A stretch of 64,000 nucleotides of DNA from Cenarchaeum sp. (GTDB taxonomy: Archaea > Thermoproteota > Nitrososphaeria > Nitrososphaerales > Nitrosopumilaceae): the NCBI GenBank assembly GCA_965242695.1, contig CBDESU010000002.1, positions 288,001 through 352,000 on the forward strand, written 5' to 3'. Shown here piece by piece: positions 62,601 to 64,000 of this stretch. Numbering within the stretch: the stretch's first letter is position 1; the number at the start of each line of letters is the position of its first letter. The notes beneath the pieces are model-generated. The model was not told where the DNA came from and searched no databases. It worked only from the letters and a program-made list of their open reading frames with translations. A program made the translations under genes and the position numbers.

Positions 62601-63999
62601 GCACGTCCCACGGCACGGACGCAAAGTAGGGAGGGGTCGTGTCGGTGACGTTGACCGCGATTATCGTGTGGTTCGACAGCCCGTACGCCGTGCGCGCCGT
62701 CACGTTGAGCAGGTACGAGCCGATGTCAGAGGCGTTCGGGGCGAGCACGATCAGGGCCGTCGTAATGCCGCTGCTGCCGTTGTAGTGGTACGTCATGTTT
62801 GCAAAGGCCGGGGGCGGGACGGTATGGTTCCCAGGCCCGTCGCGCGCTGCGGCAAGCGACATGACGGAGGGCCCCGCCCCCGTCGCGTCCACCTCGATGC
62901 GGGCGGTACGGTCGTACCCCAGCGCGACCGTGGAATTGGACGCGGACATTGCGGGGCCGCCTAGCGAGTCGTCGCGGGTCGCGTTGACGGTGAACTGGGC
63001 CCACGCGTAGTTTCCAGACCTGTCGCCGGCATCGCATGCGACCGTCGTCGTCCCCCACGGTACGGGCGAGCCCTGGCGGGGCCAGCACGACACGTGCACC
63101 TGGCCGTCGACCAGGTCGGTCGCGTTCGGAATGCGGTACGATGCGACCGGCTGCGCGCCCGGCGCGAACGCGAGCGTGAGGCTTGCCGCCGCCTCGAACT
63201 CGGGCGGCGTCGTGTCTTGGACGATCAGGTACATGGTGGCCACAGCCGAGTTGTTTGACGCGTCCGTCGCCGTCCACCGCACGTAGTGGTTGCCAAGTGG
63301 AAGGGGGCCGGCGGGGGTGTGGGAGAGGACGGGACGAGGATCGGCCTCGTCGTATGCTACTACGCCGAGCTGCGTGGCGTTGATGGCTGTGAGGCGGCCG
63401 GTGGCCTCTACGCGCACGTCCCACGGCACGGACGCAAAGTACGGCGGCACGGTATCGGTGACGTTGACCGCGATTATCGTATGGTTTGACAGCCCGTATG
63501 CCGTGCGCGCCGTCACGTTGAGCAGGTGCAGCCCGACGTCAGACGCGTTCGGGGCGAGTGTGATCAAGGCCGTTGTAATGCCGCTGCCCGCGTCGTACCG
63601 GTACGTGAGGTTTGCAAAGGCGGGGGGCTGTACAGCGATGCCGGTTCCGTTGGCGGCAGAGGGTGCAAGCTCGAATACGGAGGGGCCCGCGGCGGCGACG
63701 GCGGCGACCGTCGTGTTCGCCGTTCCCCCGTACGGGACGGCCAGGCTCGCGTTGGACACGGACAGCGAGGGGGGTGCGTCGGGAGGGACGTCGATGGCGT
63801 TGAGCCCCAGCACGCTGCGAAGAGGAGGGTTTCCGGCGATGCCGATCCAGGCCTGCCTAAAGTCCAGTATCGAAGGGCCGTCCGGATCGTGCCGCATCGA
63901 TACGGTCGCGTTCCACACCGCAATTCCGGCGCCGCTCACCGAGTCGCCCGGCTCGTCGGCCGCATCGTACAGGTCCCACAGCGCGCCGGCGACGTTTCC
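59686..63999 (-). CDS. Large HYR/Ig-like repeat surface protein (5' partial)
   Basis: Repeated DTTPP, ATDLVDG, TTVACDA.DRSGN units; many N-x-T/S sequons; frame open to the window edge with VAGALWDLYD. Confidence 0.85.
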   Translation of the reverse strand, partial: GNVAGALWDLYDAADEPGDSVSGAGIAVWNATVSMRHDPDGPSILDFRQAWIGIAGNPPLRSVLGLNAIDVPPDAPPSLSVSNASLAVPYGGTANTTVAAVAAAGPSVFELAPSAANGTGIAVQPPAFANLTYRYDAGSGITTALITLAPNASDVGLHLLNVTARTAYGLSNHTIIAVNVTDTVPPYFASVPWDVRVEATGRLTAINATQLGVVAYDEADPRPVLSHTPAGPLPLGNHYVRWTATDASNNSAVATMYLIVQDTTPPEFEAAASLTLAFAPGAQPVASYRIPNATDLVDGQVHVSCWPRQGSPVPWGTTTVACDAGDRSGNYAWAQFTVNATRDDSLGGPAMSASNSTVALGYDRTARIEVDATGAGPSVMSLAAARDGPGNHTVPPPAFANMTYHYNGSSGITTALIVLAPNASDIGSYLLNVTARTAYGLSNHTIIAVNVTDTTPPYFASVPWDVHVEATGSLTAINATALGVVAYDEIDPYPSLSHRPAGPLPLGDHYVRWTATDASNNSASATMYLIVRDTTPPRLERTENLTLAFAPGAQPVAFYDVPNATDLVDGPVDATCRPAPYAHIPYGLTTVVCDAADRSGNYAWAQFGINATRNGTLAPPPALETSNSSVAVEYSRTARIEVDAAGEGPVSVELAAAIVDGGSGNRTYPVPAFANLTYRYDGNGTTTALIVLAPNATDVGLHLLNVTARTPYGLSNHTVIRVNVTDTVPPYFASVPWDIAVEATGRLTAVNATRLGVVAYDEADPRPVLSHRPAGPLTLGGHHVRWTATDASGNTASATMYLFVRDTTPPKFAATENLTLAFAPGVQPVAAYPVPNATDLVDGPVQASCWPRQGSPVPWGTTTVACDAIDRSGNYAWVRFNITATGNGTLAPPALAVPNSSVAVEYNRTARIEVDATGAGPVNMSLAAARNGLGNSMAPPPAFANMTYRYDGNGTTTAMITLAPNASDIGSHALNVTARTPYGLSSHATITVNVTDMVPPYFASVPWDVAIEATGNLTALNATALGVAAYDEADPSPVLSSSPSGPLPLGDHRVRWTATDASNNSASATMRLFVVDTTPPSFLGVAVNATLPPYGGGSAGLYALPNATDLVDGAVPVGCSPPPSHSPPAYDGLILVECDASDRSGNSARVWFWVNATREEGGSPGGVGDMPPRLALSNSSVALPYNGTAEVRASAEGQPTIELSLVDPFGGGAAPAPAFARVEYVRPDGNATEALIALSPNATDVGSYAINVTARWAGGAPPAHEVLLVNITDGVPPLLHVPSRAVLEAAGNLTGINASTVGVWAADEADPSPVLSRSPPGPLPVGGHDVLWTATDASNNTVSAWMRLTVRDTTPPVFAGVANLTLAFSGVSQPWANYTVPAALDAVDGADVRVSCQPPPGSPVQWGLTQVVCVALDSPGNIAWARFWLNATGGVAE

Positions 64000-64000
64000 G

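Noticed and set aside
1-64000. tRNA/rRNA genes, integrase or att sites bounding the island
   Set aside because: None recognised by eye; tRNAscan-SE and a repeat search would be needed to exclude them

Overview
High-GC prokaryotic DNA, most likely archaeal (Nitrosopumilaceae/Cenarchaeum-like). This is inferred from TATA-like boxes about 25-30 nt upstream of many start codons and an ISH3-like remnant. Layout: (1) about 0.5-15.7 kb is a surface-glycan cluster (several GT2/GT4 glycosyltransferases, sugar nucleotidyltransferase, short UDP-glucose dehydrogenase, epimerase/dehydratase, methyltransferases). (2) About 18-59 kb is a dense defence-like island: two OLD-family ATPase/TOPRIM nucleases, a Zn-finger/nuclease/TPR protein, an orphan mini CRISPR array, HEPN proteins, an intact IS5-family element inserted in a HEPN promoter, small GIY-YIG and PD-(D/E)XK nucleases, two Pycsar-effector-like membrane proteins, a giant wHTH-TPR-AlbA_2-histone-H1-like-TIR protein with a reshuffled pseudogene copy, a Hachiman-like nuclease-helicase pair, and a four-gene operon ending in a TGT-like TIM-barrel protein. 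(3) From 59.7 kb there is a large HYR-repeat surface protein running off the window. An FN3+glycosyltransferase cassette occurs in inverted orientation at about 0-2.3 kb and about 52-54 kb. All family calls come from motif recognition by eye; no database searches were run.
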